A stretch of 64,000 bases of DNA from Diplonema japonicum (lineage: Eukaryota; Protista; Euglenozoa: Diplonemea), in assembly GCA_964019335.1 (NCBI GenBank), contig OZ025671.1, positions 434,001-498,000 of the forward strand, read 5' to 3'. This document shows positions 16,495-29,071 of this stretch, one piece after another. The notes below the pieces were generated by a model that worked only from the letters and a program-made list of their open reading frames with translations, was not told the DNA's origin and did no database searches. The position numbers and the translations under genes are program-made. Each line of letters starts with the position of its first letter. Within the stretch, counting starts at the first letter, position 1.

Positions 16495-17418
16495 TCACCC
16501 GTAAACTGTGGCCTGATACCTATCAGATATAACAATTAGCTCATCTCCGGAGGCAATGGAGGTAGCCCCCTCGCACCCTGGCACAACCACTTCGTCAGAG
16601 ATAAAGGGCAAACCAAGCTCAGGGAAAGTGATCACCGTAAGGCTAGACCGGTGCACCGCAAAGAGGTCGGAGGATAACGAGAGACACGAGGTAATCGGCG
16701 TAACGATAAAGCAACACCGCGCCCCCGAGTGAAGAAACACAATTTTAATGCCTTCATCGTAAGAATAGGCCATCCTAGCACCCGGACACCCAGAGTAAGA
16801 GGTTATTCTGTTACAGGGCTCAGTGTTCAATGTCACCCTTCTGGTAGTGTCGAGGGTTAAAGGCCCCGCTTGAATATCAACACCATTAATGCTAATAAGC
16901 TGGTAAGGAACGTCATCTGAAGAAATCAAGGAAACTGGGATGAACTCTGGGCCGATTTTTGCCACGGTTTCAGCAGTGTCCATGCGGGTTAGGTCGTAGC
17001 GCAAGAACGCCTCCATACACATCATGAACAGGAAATCCTTGACAACCTTGATTTTCAACACTTGGTCAACCTCGTTGAAGACTCCGCTTCTTACGATGTT
17101 CCCCACCCTGTCAAAAACGAGTAGATCTGTTTCACCAACGGCCACGATGTTGACGCCCCACACGTCCATGAGCTTTGTGTAAGGGGTCTCCAGGTCGCCG
17201 TGTTTTTTCATGTTTCTCAGGGTGACCTTTACCTCCGGTAGAACGTCCACTGTGTCGCCCTGCTCGATCCCTGTTTCACGTAGGTACATCCCGCGCTCTA
17301 AGCGCACCTCTCCCAAAAAAACCGTATCGTTTGGATCCTCGCACAGTGCACCCACTACCGTGTCTTCTGTCACCTCGAATTGGGTGACTTCACCCAGTCT
17401 TCTGGTGAAGACTTCCAT
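16495..17418 (-). CDS. Hypothetical protein: N-terminal ubiquitin-like domain followed by a beta-rich (propeller-like) region
   Basis: Likely start is MEVFTRRLGE, after an A-run. The pattern FEVTEDTVVGAL...FLGEVRLERGMYLRETGIEQGDTVDV is ubiquitin-like. The upstream part of the listed ORF is homopolymer read-through. Confidence 0.75.
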   Translation of the reverse strand: MEVFTRRLGEVTQFEVTEDTVVGALCEDPNDTVFLGEVRLERGMYLRETGIEQGDTVDVLPEVKVTLRNMKKHGDLETPYTKLMDVWGVNIVAVGETDLLVFDRVGNIVRSGVFNEVDQVLKIKVVKDFLFMMCMEAFLRYDLTRMDTAETVAKIGPEFIPVSLISSDDVPYQLISINGVDIQAGPLTLDTTRRVTLNTEPCNRITSYSGCPGARMAYSYDEGIKIVFLHSGARCCFIVTPITSCLSLSSDLFAVHRSSLTVITFPELGLPFISDEVVVPGCEGATSIASGDELIVISDRYQATVYG

Positions 17419-18493
17419 TTTTTTCCCCCTGCTTTCGGTACTAGATGGAGGAAGGGGGACAACAAGGGGGGAAAAGTAGAAACCAGACTGAAAGGAAAAA
17501 GGGGGGGGGGGCAAAAAGAAGGGGGGTTTTTTTTTCACACGCTTCATACCGTCAGGCATGAGCATGTATTTCGGGAAGGGGGGGTAAAAAAAATTCACTA
17601 TGATAGGAAACGAAGTGGTTAGCAACGGCCCACCAAAAAAAAGAAAGAGAGATGAGAAGAGAGGTGAAGGGGGGGGCGGGGGGGGGGGGGGGGGGGGCAC
17701 ATCTCCCTCAAGATGATGTGGGCTGGGGGGAGGGCGAGTTCACAGGCAGAGCAGAGCGGGGTTCAGCTCACCCCGCCCTTCGCTGCTCACCACAAGGCCC
17801 TCTCTCCTTTTTTCCCTTTTTTTTTAATCTCTTCGAATCTCTAATCTGACCGTATACTTCCTCAAAAGGGCATTTGCCACAGAGGATTTTGAAACAATCT
17901 CCACACCAAAACGACATTTGGATTGAGTGAATAAGGATTGGTTAGATACAGAATCTGGGCACCTTATCGCATCCCCAACCTGCTTTCATGCCCTCACCAT
18001 CACTGTCCCGTAGGGAAATCTAAAATCTCAGATTAGACATCCAAAGCGTTATTTAAAATTTCTCTCTCTTTTGGTTTCTCTATGCCCCCTTCATCCTTTC
18101 TTTTTTCCCCCCCCTTTTTTTTGAAACATATGATCGGGAGGGCATCGGGAGAAAAGAGAGGGGGGGGGGGGGGGGGGAAGATAAACCTGACATACCGAAG
18201 GCGTCCAATACAATCTATTAGCGCTCTTTGCAAAAAAAAAAAAAAAAAAAAAAGAATGACCAAAAAAAAAGAACAAAAATAATCCTGAGCACAGGAATTT
18301 TAAAATATGAAAATATGAGCTCGTCCGTGGAGGGGGGAAAAAAAAACAAGAAATATCGTACAAATGTGGTAAATACGCCAAAAGACTCATGTTTTTCGTC
18401 TTTTTACTATAATTTCTCGGATCCCCCCCCCCCCCCCCCCCCCTCCTCCGGACGAGCTCATAATAAAATAAAAAAAGAAATAGCCACACTAAC

Positions 18494-20284
18494 CTATGAC
18501 GTCAGGCTGCCGTTACTACTGTCGTTGTTGCTGGCCGATTGGGGCTCCACAGGGGATGCGGCGGGGGTGGGATCCAGGGGGGGCAGGACGGATTCGTTCG
18601 AGCGTTTCTTTTGTGGGTACAAGTGGGAAGAATTAGAGCAAGGGCTATGAAGGTAATATTTCTCCGCAAATGCAGAGTCCTCAGGCAGCCTGAACTGCTG
18701 GGAAAGCACAGGGATCTCAGCGAATGGGGAAGATAGCTATTTTTTTTTTTTAATTTTTTATTTATAAAAAAAAAACGATTTCTTCAAACCTTCGCTGCCC
18801 TGTACATCACCTTCGATAGCTCCGCATCGCTGCTTCGTACAACGCCAACATACGCGTTCCTCAAACACAACCTGTCTCTTTCCAGTGCAGCAGCAAGGTC
18901 TTGGTATGTGTTAAGCTCTACAAAACACTTTTTTTTTTTTTTTTTTTTTTTTTCTTTCAAATTAGTTTCTTTTTTGTTTTCCATACAATCCCCCGCGTCT
19001 TGTCATCCGGCCCGCATATCAAATGGATCCCTTGACACTTCACGTCCACCCCGTATAAAAATTCGGAAATTTCGAACTCACTCGTGGCATAAGGCAGACC
19101 GCTGCAAAATTTAAAAAAAAAAAAAAAAAAAGAAAATACCTAATAAAAACAACATATGGCGAAATCCCATTACGCGTCGGAGGCGGTGCTTTGGGATATC
19201 CATAATAATCATAATAAGAAGACGCAGGGTAGCCACTAGAAGGAGGGCAATATGCAGAATAAGGTGATTTTGAGACATAGGCGGAGTAGCTGTAAGGGTC
19301 AACATGAGAAGGAGGTGTCGAGGGGACGGAAGGAGTGGGTGCTGTCGACCGCTGCCCACCGCGCTTCGCGCGGTGGGCAGGGCGCTGTGGGGGGATGCCT
19401 TTCCAACCAGCGTCGATAACATCATTGAGGCAGACGGGAAGCACATCGATGTCGGAGTATTCACCCTTCCACGATTTTTTATAGCATGCAAGCATGGCTT
19501 GCCATGTGTGTTTGTCCGGGGTGAGGAAGAATATTTGAACGGATTGATCTGCAGCCGATGCGGGTTTCAAAACGATGTTCTCGTAGGGTACGAAGATGGG
19601 TTTCATGAAATTCTGCGCGATGTCGACTGTGAGCCCGGAACGTTCGGATTCTGGTATACCCGTGACAACAATTGCTGAGTACTCGTCAATGGCGGTTTTG
19701 ACATCGTCCTTTTCGGACCCGCCTTCAAGCCAAAGTTGTTGCATGGTTGATAATAAGGAATTTGTAACGACTTGCGGAGATTTGAATTTGTGCGACCTTT
19801 TGAGGAGTTCCACCACCACTGCTGAGATGCTGTCCACCAAGTTCGCGCGCTGATGAAGGACACCTACAGCGTCTGCAATTCCTGCCATGTCGGTTGCTTC
19901 CAAACCCGCTTTTAATGCTTCTACTCGGAGGTCCATGAAGTAGCACCAGTGTTTTTCTTTCAATGAGATTTGTTTGCATGCTGCCTCAAGCTTTACGCAG
20001 GTGTCGAGCGCCCACCGGCTCTCGCACACAAACACGATTTCCGGGAACTCTAATCCTCTGTTTTTGAAGAAGGAGTCGACGTTGCGGATGGCACCGGCGA
20101 GGCCCTCCTCTCCTATCCTCACGTTGTACCGCTCCACAACCTCCTTGTTCTTCGAGTTGATCATCACCATTTTGATCTCCTTCACCTCGTTCTGCGGTTG
20201 CAAATCCCAACGGCTGCTCACCGTATCCACCGCCAAGGCCACGATGTACTTGTAGTACTGCGGGTCATCTTCTTGGTCTGCCAT
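18494..20284 (-). CDS. RNA-binding protein: inactive DEDDh-exonuclease-like N-domain plus hnRNP F/H-type quasi-RRMs (ESRP/Fusilli-like architecture); 4 exons
   Basis: Introns at 19102-19139, 18928-18986 and 18737-18789. Splicing restores a qRRM: VVFISGLPYATSEFEISEFLYGVDV...GIHLICGPDDKTRGICFVEL...AALERDRLCLRNAYVGVVRSS. The N-terminus YIVALAVDT...EVKEIKMVMINS aligns by eye with ERI-type ExoI, with acidic residues altered. Confidence 0.8.
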
Positions 20285-20363
20285 CCTAATTTTTTTATTT
20301 TTACTTTTTTTAATATTCAAAAAAAAAAAAAAAAAAAAATACATATATAAGGGTGACTGTAAA

Positions 20364-20399
<36 letters not shown>

Positions 20400-20417
20400 T
20401 GTTTCTAACACACTGTT

Positions 20418-21533
20418 TTAAAAGTGAGGGATTCTAGGTTGTGCCGATGGGAAGTCGGGGACGAGGATGGTGCTGCCGATTTGCGGGCCTTTATCGACCA
20501 TCATGACGATGAACTCGTCGACAGTGAGGGTGTTGGTACCGGTGGCGTCGAAAAGCGACATTCTCTCCTGCACAAAGGAGTCAGAAGGCGTGTCACCCGT
20601 GATGTCCGTTATCATAGTCCGAAGCTCCGCCAGATCGATGTAACCATTCTTGTCGGAGTCGAACTCGTGAAACACTTTTTTGATCCTCTCGATCTCTTCT
20701 GACCTGAAGGCAGTGTCGTCCACCATTGACACAACAAGAAAGGCCTCCCAGTCGATTAGCCCCATGCTGTCTGCATTGCAGCGTCTCTGTAACTCCTGGT
20801 AAAATGCGACGCTGTGCTCTTCCAACTCCAATTCTCGGGACTGCATCCGCATGTTTTCCTTGTATCCTTCAATTGAAAGCCGTTTCGGTATTTTTTCGCC
20901 CGCTCCTTCCCTGCTTACAAACTCTAAAAACAACCGTTTCAACGCACGGAGGCGGATCGCTAACGGGTGGTTCGTCGGGTTCGCGCCTGTAATTTTTTTC
21001 CGCGCCTTCATCGCTTGATTTTTCTGGCATTGCACTTCTATCAGCGATTTTATATTTTTCTTCAAAAACGTCTTATCCATTCCAACACGGAGTACGGATG
21101 GATTGTGCTGAACTAAGTCGTAGAGATGCATTCCCGCTGTCCATGATATGGGGTTGGAACACACATCGATTGTTTCCACCGAAGGGTGGTCCTTGAGTGC
21201 GATGGTGACGCACCTTATGGAATTGTTGTCGAGGTAGTTGTTTTCCAATATGACCTTTTTCAAGGTTCTGCTCAGCCTTGCGACTTCCATCAATGGGATA
21301 ACGCCCTTGGACCCAGCCATGTTGTCGCTCATGTCCAGTACCTCGGTGTCGAAGTCATCGGTAGTCGTGTTGAGCTTTGCTGCCACGCCGCTGTTCACTT
21401 TGCAGGCGTGCTGCCTGCACATAAGAGTGTACACGTCTTTGCTGGACATTCCTTTGTACTGCTCGCACCTCGCCTCCATGTCCACCGGCCGGGAGTGTTT
21501 CGCATCATGGAGATCTTCTTGTAGAACCGGCAT
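20418..21533 (-). CDS. Leucine-rich-repeat (RNI-like) plus C-terminal EF-hand protein
   Basis: LRR motifs LDMSDNMAG, VILENNYLDN and IDVCSNPIS; EF-hands DSDKNGYIDLAE and DATGTNTLTVDE. Confidence 0.9.
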   Translation of the reverse strand: MPVLQEDLHDAKHSRPVDMEARCEQYKGMSSKDVYTLMCRQHACKVNSGVAAKLNTTTDDFDTEVLDMSDNMAGSKGVIPLMEVARLSRTLKKVILENNYLDNNSIRCVTIALKDHPSVETIDVCSNPISWTAGMHLYDLVQHNPSVLRVGMDKTFLKKNIKSLIEVQCQKNQAMKARKKITGANPTNHPLAIRLRALKRLFLEFVSREGAGEKIPKRLSIEGYKENMRMQSRELELEEHSVAFYQELQRRCNADSMGLIDWEAFLVVSMVDDTAFRSEEIERIKKVFHEFDSDKNGYIDLAELRTMITDITGDTPSDSFVQERMSLFDATGTNTLTVDEFIVMMVDKGPQIGSTILVPDFPSAQPRIPHF

Positions 21534-21821
21534 TTTATTTTATTTTGTTAAATGCTTTGAACCTTCCTTTTCTTTTTTTTTTTTTTTTTTTTTTTTTGTA
21601 AAACACGCGAATATGACAAAAAAAAAATAATGTATCGACAGAAGGGGAAAAAAAAAAAAAAAAAAAAAAATGAATGAGAGGGGGGAGGGGGACAGGCGGG
21701 AGGTACACAAGAACACAACAAAAAAAAAAAAAGGAGGGGAAAAAAAAAATACAAAACAAATAATAAAAAAATAAAAATAAAAGTTACATTTTCTTTTTTT
21801 TTTTCTTGCGTTCTCTCTTCA

Positions 21822-22707
21822 TTATTGGGGCCTGTTCCACTGACGGCTCCCGCTGACGTGTCTGTAGAAAACGTGGCCCTTGGAAGATTGGACTTGGCAC
21901 CACCCAGGGGGCAGGTCAGGGAGGACATCCACTGGTTCCGGCCCGTATTTTTTCACAAGTGAGAGAACAAGCGCGTCCTCGCACCCAGCATACTCCTGGA
22001 GGAGGGCAGGGACGGAGGGAAGCCTGTGGGGGTTGTACCTCTCAAAAAACCTTAACAGTCTATCCCGGTAGGCAGGGTTCACAGCCACAGGAGGCTTTTG
22101 CTTAACTTGCGTTGGCAGAGCCATTGGACGGACTTCTATCTTGGGATCAGGTTGATCTCGAGGTGATTGATGCGCGAGTGGGTCCCTTCCCTCCCATAAA
22201 ATCCTTGCTAGTTGAGTCTCAATAGATGTAGAGGTAGGGTCGAAGGGTGTAGCACTGTTCCTCACTTCCTCTGGGACGACGTTCAGAGGCTCACCTTGGT
22301 AGGATTCGAATAGCACGGCCAGCCTTGCAGGGTCACCTGTTGTAGCAGGGCCTAACACAACGCCTTTACCAGCAGGCGGCACAACAACAAGAACCTCACC
22401 TTGCGGCCCTGCGATCGCAAGATCTTTAGTCGATTCAACCTGCTGGCCCACAGCAAAGCCTAAGGTATCAGTCACAGACTTCCCTCCCCCTAGGAAGTCA
22501 CCTCCGCTGATGGCCGGCATGAATTCACCGGGTGGTGCTGTAGGGCTGCCTATTCTTCCAAACGAATATTCTGGATACTGCTGAGAATGCCCCGGTGGGA
22601 GAGAGTACTGTGGAGGTGGCTTTGCAGGAGACGTGTACGGGGGAGGGATGGATGCCCCTGCAGCCGTCCCGAATAGGCTGTTGTTGAACTGCGCTTGATA
22701 AGGAGCT

Positions 22708-22712
<5 letters not shown>
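21822..22712 (-). CDS. Proline-rich protein with C-terminal WW domain
   Basis: LPPGWCQVQSSKGHVFYRHVSGSRQWNRP is a WW domain. It is preceded by the helical module YRDRLLRFFERYNP...LVKKYGPEP. Confidence 0.88.
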
Positions 22713-22742
<30 letters not shown>

Positions 22743-23973
22743 CCAAAAAAGTTTTTTTTTTTGAAATCAACCCGCCCACCCTCCCCCCTCCTCTGTTATT
22801 TTTTTTTTTTTTTTGTTGTTGTTGTTAGGATGCGGGGGTGAAAAAAAAATATGAAAAATGAAAAGAAAACAAAAAATTCTTCAATTTTTTTTTTGTACAA
22901 GAAAAAAAAAAAAAAATTGAACCATGTTGGGGAGCCTGCCATCATTTGAAGACAATAAGATTTTAAAAACTGGCGTAGGGGGTAGGTGCTCGGCTTTTTT
23001 TTTTTTTTTTTTTCCATTGTTACGTTGGTACTACTAGACCCCACCATCCTTGCCTTTTTTTTTTTACCCATTGTTGCTAATAATGGCATCAGTGAGAGGG
23101 CAAGGGTATACAGTTCCCTCTCACTTTGACCTGCTCTCCAAAAGAAGAAAAAAAAAAAGAGAAAGGAAGGGGGGAGGGAGGAAAAAAAAAGAAAGGAAAA
23201 GGGGGGAAAGAAGAAAAAAAAACTAGGATTTTTGACATCTGTGCGCCAGTCAAACAGGGGCAGGTTTCGAAGGGGGGAGAGAGAGAGAGAATAAAAAACA
23301 AAATAAAAAGGGGTGAAAGGAAGAATACAGCTGTGCCGCCAGGGCAGAAGGGATAAAGGGAAACAAAAACAAAAAGAAGCAAAAGGAAAGAAGAAGGGTA
23401 AGAAGTTTTCTCTATTTTTATGTACTACTTTTTTTGTGTTTCCCCCCCCCCCCCCTCCCTCTCTTTCTTCGCATCTCTTTTTTTTTTTTTTTTCCCGCCG
23501 CTTCCCTAAGCCAGCCTTCCTTGCTCTGTACGAAAGGCTGCGATGCTTAACAGAAATTTCAAGGTGTGAAAAAAATCCTTTTTTTTTTCAAAAAATAAAA
23601 AATAGAAATAAAATAAAAAATAAAAAGGAAAACATCTAGAATGGGGATGGTGGAGTGTAAATTCAGCCTTTGAAGTATCTCATTATTTTTTTCTTCCCCT
23701 TCAAAAGAACAAAAGAGAGTAACATAATTGCACTGGTTTCACTCGGGCGTAGGGGCCTCACTTCGATTCAAGAAGAAGAAGAAGAAAAAAGTTCTTTGTA
23801 CACCAACAGATTAGATTTTCACAGCCAAGGGAGGGAAAGGGTGAAAGATGAAGAAAAGAACAGTAACAATATGAAGTAAAGAGAATTGAGAGAAGTACAT
23901 TTTTTTTTTTTAAAGTTAATTTTGCTAATTGTTTGTCTCTTTTGTTTGTACAGTTGTGTCCGGCCAAAAAATC

Positions 23974-24006
<33 letters not shown>

Positions 24007-24322
24007 GCAGACGAAATCGGAAAGAAGATAAACCATAGGGATAAAGACTCCATGCTATTCCCACTACCAAAAGAAAAAAGAATAAAAAAGAGGGAGAAAA
24101 AAAAAGATTAATCACCCTTCTATCTTCTACTCCGTGATGTTTACATTACATATTTTAGTAAGGAGAAAGAGTAAGAACTAAGGAAGGCAGTCGAACGAAT
24201 GAGGGGGGTGGGGTAGGAGGAGTAATTTCGCTATGTTAATAAAAACGTGAAGAAAAAAAATATATATGAGTTAAAGGAGGCCGGTGTTGGCGGCGCCCTG
24301 CACAAGAACTGTCCTATATTTT

Positions 24323-24341
24323 CATGTTATCCCCACCACCT
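24323..24341. repeat. Dispersed 19-bp identical repeat, copy 1 (copy 2 at 34323-34341)
   Basis: CATGTTATCCCCACCACCT at both sites, each preceded by TATTT(T/C) and followed by an A-run and GAAA..GGA. Confidence 0.8.
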
Positions 24342-25383
24342 TAAAAAAAAAGAAAAGGACTGGGAAGAAGAAGAAGAAAAAAAACTTCCCCCTTTTCTCC
24401 ATTTCACTCCTCTCATTGTAGGAGAGTATTTAAAAAAAAAAAAAATGGGAAAAAAAAAAAACTAAAAACCTTATTACACTCCCCGATGAAAATTTCAAGT
24501 CCGCTCAAAAGCGAGATTAAAATTCATTATTCGCGGTGAATGATGGCTTTTTTTTTTTTTTTTTTTTTTTCTCTTCTCCTCCCCCCATAATAATAGGGAG
24601 CATCCGAGGGAAAGAGACATTTACAGTCCATTTAAATTATTACACCTTTGCCATTTTCCTACTCACTAACCTTCAAAAAAAAAAAAAAAAAAAGAGGAAA
24701 CCAAAACAGAGGGGCATTGCATCAATATGCAAAGCATGGTATGAACGTGTCCGGTCCCAGTGCTGGATGCAGGAGCCTGCACATTGAGAAGCAGTGAGCG
24801 ACTTAAATGACGGAAAGGCGATATATAATTTCTTCTTTTTTTTTTACATCTACCCACCTCAGCAAAAAAGAAAATCTTTTCAAGAGAAAAGAAAAATTAC
24901 AATAAAAAAATAAAAATAAAAAATTAAAAGGATCGAGAGGGCCACAGAATCGTGTCAAGTGGCTACTCTAGTTAGAGGGGGAGGGAGGGAGGGGCATTGG
25001 AGACCTTACATAGGTTCCCCACAAAGGAAGAAAAGGGATTCTTTAAGGTAGCCCAAGCCGTTGGCTTAACTACAACAAAAAAGAGGTTAGTACATCTAAA
25101 GGGAATAGAGAAAAAAAAGATTTTGAAAGAAAGAAGAAAAAAAAAGAAAAGAAATAAAAACCTCCTGGGCCAAGTTAAGCAGCAACCAATAAAAGGTTTT
25201 TTTTTTTTTTTTTTTTTCCCTTCATTCCCTTAAAAAAAAAAGAAGCTATGTGTTCCTGAACTTTTTCACGGACACAAAAATTTAATAACAAATTTTCACG
25301 CGAGCGCTCATTATTATTTTTTTTTTTTTGTTTTTGTTTTGTTTGTACTTTTTTTTTCTAATTTTTTTTTTTTTTTTTTTTTT

Positions 25384-26565
25384 TTATTTCTGGGAGACGG
25401 TGGTCGGTTTCATGAACCTAGGGGGTTGGTCGCCGGCGAGCAGCTTCGACGGCTGGGGCTGCGAAACCGCCTTCTTTGGTTTCTCGGGTTTTTTAACCTT
25501 ATTAGACGAAGCGGCAGTCATAGCCATCAACCGAGAGCCTCCTCCCTCAGAAGCCCTTCTCTTAGGCAACGAGGGACGCGCCTCGGTCTTTGCAGGCAGC
25601 GTGTTATGCCTGATAATCTTCGGCTTCGAATCACGCCGTGCTGTAGGAGGTGACACAGATGAAGGGCTTGTTTGAATAGAAAGCCTTTTAACAAATGAAC
25701 ACTTCGAGACTTCAACAGTTTTTCGGCCAGTTGCAAGGGGCGCCATCGGCACTGGTGGAGAAGGTGCAACTTCTTCCACATCCTCATCATCACAAGCATA
25801 CTCGGGAATCTTAGGCAAAGGCGATGCTTCACCACCATGCCACCCTACAATGGGCGTTAAAGTCCCCCCACTACCATCCTCACTTAGAGCATCTGCATCT
25901 GCATATCTGATGCTTACTTCTTCATCACAGTCGTCAGCATCGAACTCCTCCAGTATAGAAAGGCTTTCTTCGTCAGAGCTGTACAACTGTTCCTGTCCTC
26001 TGTTGAGTTCTTCTTCCCTTATCGTGTTGATGATTCTTTCCAAGTTGGTGTCCCTGTCCTTTGACACTGGTAGGTTGTGCACATTGAGAAACTCAAGCAG
26101 GCTTTTCATTGGTAGTTCCTGCAAACGTGATTCTTTGTAATAGTGGATGTAGTCTGTGTGGGTGCGTCTGCCGCACATGCACATTCCATTGGTGGATTTG
26201 TTTGTGAGCGAGAAATTATGATTTGTGTATGATGATGATGAGGAGGTGAAGGAAGTGGCGTCGTCGTCTGAGTAAAGGATTTCGTGGACCTTGCGTTCTA
26301 AGGGGCGCCAGTGGAGCTTCATTGATACTCTGTCGGCTTCGTTTTGGTCGAGGCGTTCGAGCTGTCCCAGGAGCAGTTTCATCCCCTCCAGTACCCTTTC
26401 GAACCCGCTCGGCTCGCCTTCTTCCCTGCTGCTTCCTTCGGTGTCGCTGGTGTAGTCTACAGAGGCGCCTCGTTCCTTCGCCTTCATTGCTTCTTCATGG
26501 AAGAGGTCGATGGTGCTTTGTGCGAGCGTCGTGCCCCCCATCCCTGCGTAGAGGTTCCCCGTCAT
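25384..26565 (-). CDS. Hypothetical protein with SAP-like motif and disordered C-terminus (393 aa)
   Basis: LQELPMKSLLEFLNVHNLPVSKDRDTNLERIINTI fits SAP-motif spacing. Low-complexity regions are acidic, then basic, and the protein ends near PRFMKPT. Confidence 0.8.
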   Translation of the reverse strand: MTGNLYAGMGGTTLAQSTIDLFHEEAMKAKERGASVDYTSDTEGSSREEGEPSGFERVLEGMKLLLGQLERLDQNEADRVSMKLHWRPLERKVHEILYSDDDATSFTSSSSSYTNHNFSLTNKSTNGMCMCGRRTHTDYIHYYKESRLQELPMKSLLEFLNVHNLPVSKDRDTNLERIINTIREEELNRGQEQLYSSDEESLSILEEFDADDCDEEVSIRYADADALSEDGSGGTLTPIVGWHGGEASPLPKIPEYACDDEDVEEVAPSPPVPMAPLATGRKTVEVSKCSFVKRLSIQTSPSSVSPPTARRDSKPKIIRHNTLPAKTEARPSLPKRRASEGGGSRLMAMTAASSNKVKKPEKPKKAVSQPQPSKLLAGDQPPRFMKPTTVSQK

Positions 26566-27359
26566 TTCTTTTTTTTTTTTTTTGTTTTGTTTCTTGTGAC
26601 CTGTAAAAAATTATTCAGTCGGTGGGAAAATATAAAAAAAAAAAAAAATTCTTTTGATAACTACAATAAACTACGTGTTTCTGTTTATCAACTAAAAAAA
26701 AAAAGCTTTCCTTTTTTTTTGAGGGGGTTAAGGAAACAAATCGTGCGTAAAAGGAGAGAGTAGGAGAGTAGGAGAGGGGGGGGGGGGGGGGGGTCCGACT
26801 TGCCCAAATAAAAAGAGAGCGAAAGAAAAAGGGATGGGGGGTTGTCTATTCTTTCTTTCACACTTTACCATTGAAAAAAAGAAAATCCTGTTTTTTTTGG
26901 GGGGGTGTTCACTTTTACATGCTGCGTTGAAGAGCAATTCTTCATTATTTCTTTTTTTTTTCTTTTTGGTATTCTTTGCACACGAAGAAACAAAAGAAGA
27001 AGGATACAGACAGAGGGCTTCTTGTGGAATGACGAATTGTACCATTTAAAAAAAAGTGAGTGACAAATCCCCCCCCCTCCCCCCTCCCCCCAGCTTGTAA
27101 TGAAGAACGAACCTGAAAGAAAGAGGGGAAAAAAAAAGAATTTTGGAGGAAAGAAGGGGGGGGGGGGGGGGGGGGGGAATAGATAAGGTTTTCAGTGCAG
27201 GAGTCCTCTGTAAAAAGAAAGAAAATGTTAAGGTGAACAAAAATGTCGCCCGTGCATATGGCGCCCAATAAGCTCCTTCGGCGGTCTTTAAGCAGAACCC
27301 CCCCCCCCCCCCCGCACATGACAGAAAATTAATCCAGCCCCTGACAACAATCTGGTTGT

Positions 27360-27400
<41 letters not shown>

Positions 27401-28712
27401 CCATTTTACAGTTAAGAGAAAAGAAGAAGAAAACTGCAAACATGACATGAAAAAAAGAAAATAACAAGAGCAAGGAAGACCACGGAACCAAAAGAGTGCC
27501 CGACTGGGAAAATAATGTGGTAATATATATATATATATATATTTTTTTTTCTTCTTTTTTTTTCCACAAATAACACATATCATAATCATTTATTTTTCTT
27601 TCTTTTATTACATTCAGTTTTTTCATAAAAAAGAGAAGAGGATGAGGCTCCCGTGGGTACAAATGAAAGCTATTCTGACTTGTTTGTTTGGGCACATCGG
27701 CGTGTTTTCATAGCATATACACATAACGTGCTTGTATAAAAATCAACCTGTTGTGCTAGTCGTCCCTACAGATATACCATTTGTTGTGATATCAAAAAGA
27801 AAGAGTTGGCAGTTACCAATCTTTTTTTTTTTTGCTTTTTTTTATAGATAAAGGAGAGAAGGATTCTTTGTGTTGAGAAAAAACTAGCCGGGGGGGGGGG
27901 GTTTTAAGCCTTTAACCTCTTTTAAAAAAAGAAAAACCTTGTAGTTATGTGGCAAGAATTACCTGAAAAAAAACCCCCCCCCCGAGAGCATTTTTTTTTT
28001 TCCTCTTCTCATTTTTTTTCACCCCCCCCTTTTTTTGTTTCTGTTGCGGCCTCGGGCAAAAGCAAATTATAGATCAGAAAAATGCGAAGGAGGGCTCTAA
28101 ACGATAATATTGGGCTCAGACCCCCTGAGACGATAGACGAATCGTTTGCACAGTGTGCCTGGGGGGGGGGGGGGGGGGGGGGGTCTATCTTTTGATGCCC
28201 CCTTTCTGGGGCCTACGTAGATGGTTGCTGCTGTAAAAAAAAGTTCTTTTCTCGTGGATGAACAAGTTTCAATTTTTTTTTCTTCTCCCAGAACCCTCTA
28301 CTTAACAGAACTTCCATGATGAAGGGTTCACTTTTTTTTTTTTAAAACTGAAAAGAATAAGAAAATAGAATTGTGTTAAGGGAGCTCCTACCCCCCTCCT
28401 CTGGCCATAACTTGCTGGCAAAAAAAAAAAAAAACCTCAGAAGAAAAAAAGGTTCAAAACCGTGAACTTTGGTACTCGGCTTTTTACGTTGGTATTGGTA
28501 CTCATCACTTGCTCCATCTTTTTGCCTTCTGTTACCCATTGTGCTGCTAATACTGGCATCCGTGGGAGGCAAAGGCGCACAGCTCCCTCACACTTTGACT
28601 CGCTTGAGGAGGTGTCGTCACGCACCTGAGACCCAGGCCCGAAGACCTTGGTCTTGCTGCCCTCAATACTAATGGTAACATTTGTATTTTTAGTTTTTTT
28701 TTTTACTTAAAA

Positions 28713-28773
<61 letters not shown>

Positions 28774-29071
28774 CTAGTAAGGTTCATGGCCTACAAGATT
28801 GTATTTTTTTTTTTTCTTCTTTTTTTTAAATATAAACCATTGCATTTGGATAATAATATAGAGAAGAGCAAAAAAAAAAGTTGTCTCGATTTTAGTGGTG
28901 CCATGCAGTATGTGACACAGCGGCCACCCTTGTGAAACAAAAAAAAAAAAACAAAAAAAATAGCATCTCGTTTCTTCTGGAAAGGGCAATAATAAGGTGG
29001 GAAAGCGTCCCCCTTCTGTACTTCGAAACCGAAACACCAATAAAAAAAAAAAAGAAATGATTCAAATATCA

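Noticed and set aside
24710-24830. High-complexity island with small hairpins (possible H/ACA-like RNA); similar islands at ~17830-18060 and ~35007-35210
   Set aside because: No convincing box motifs or coding signal, so no call can be supported without expression data.
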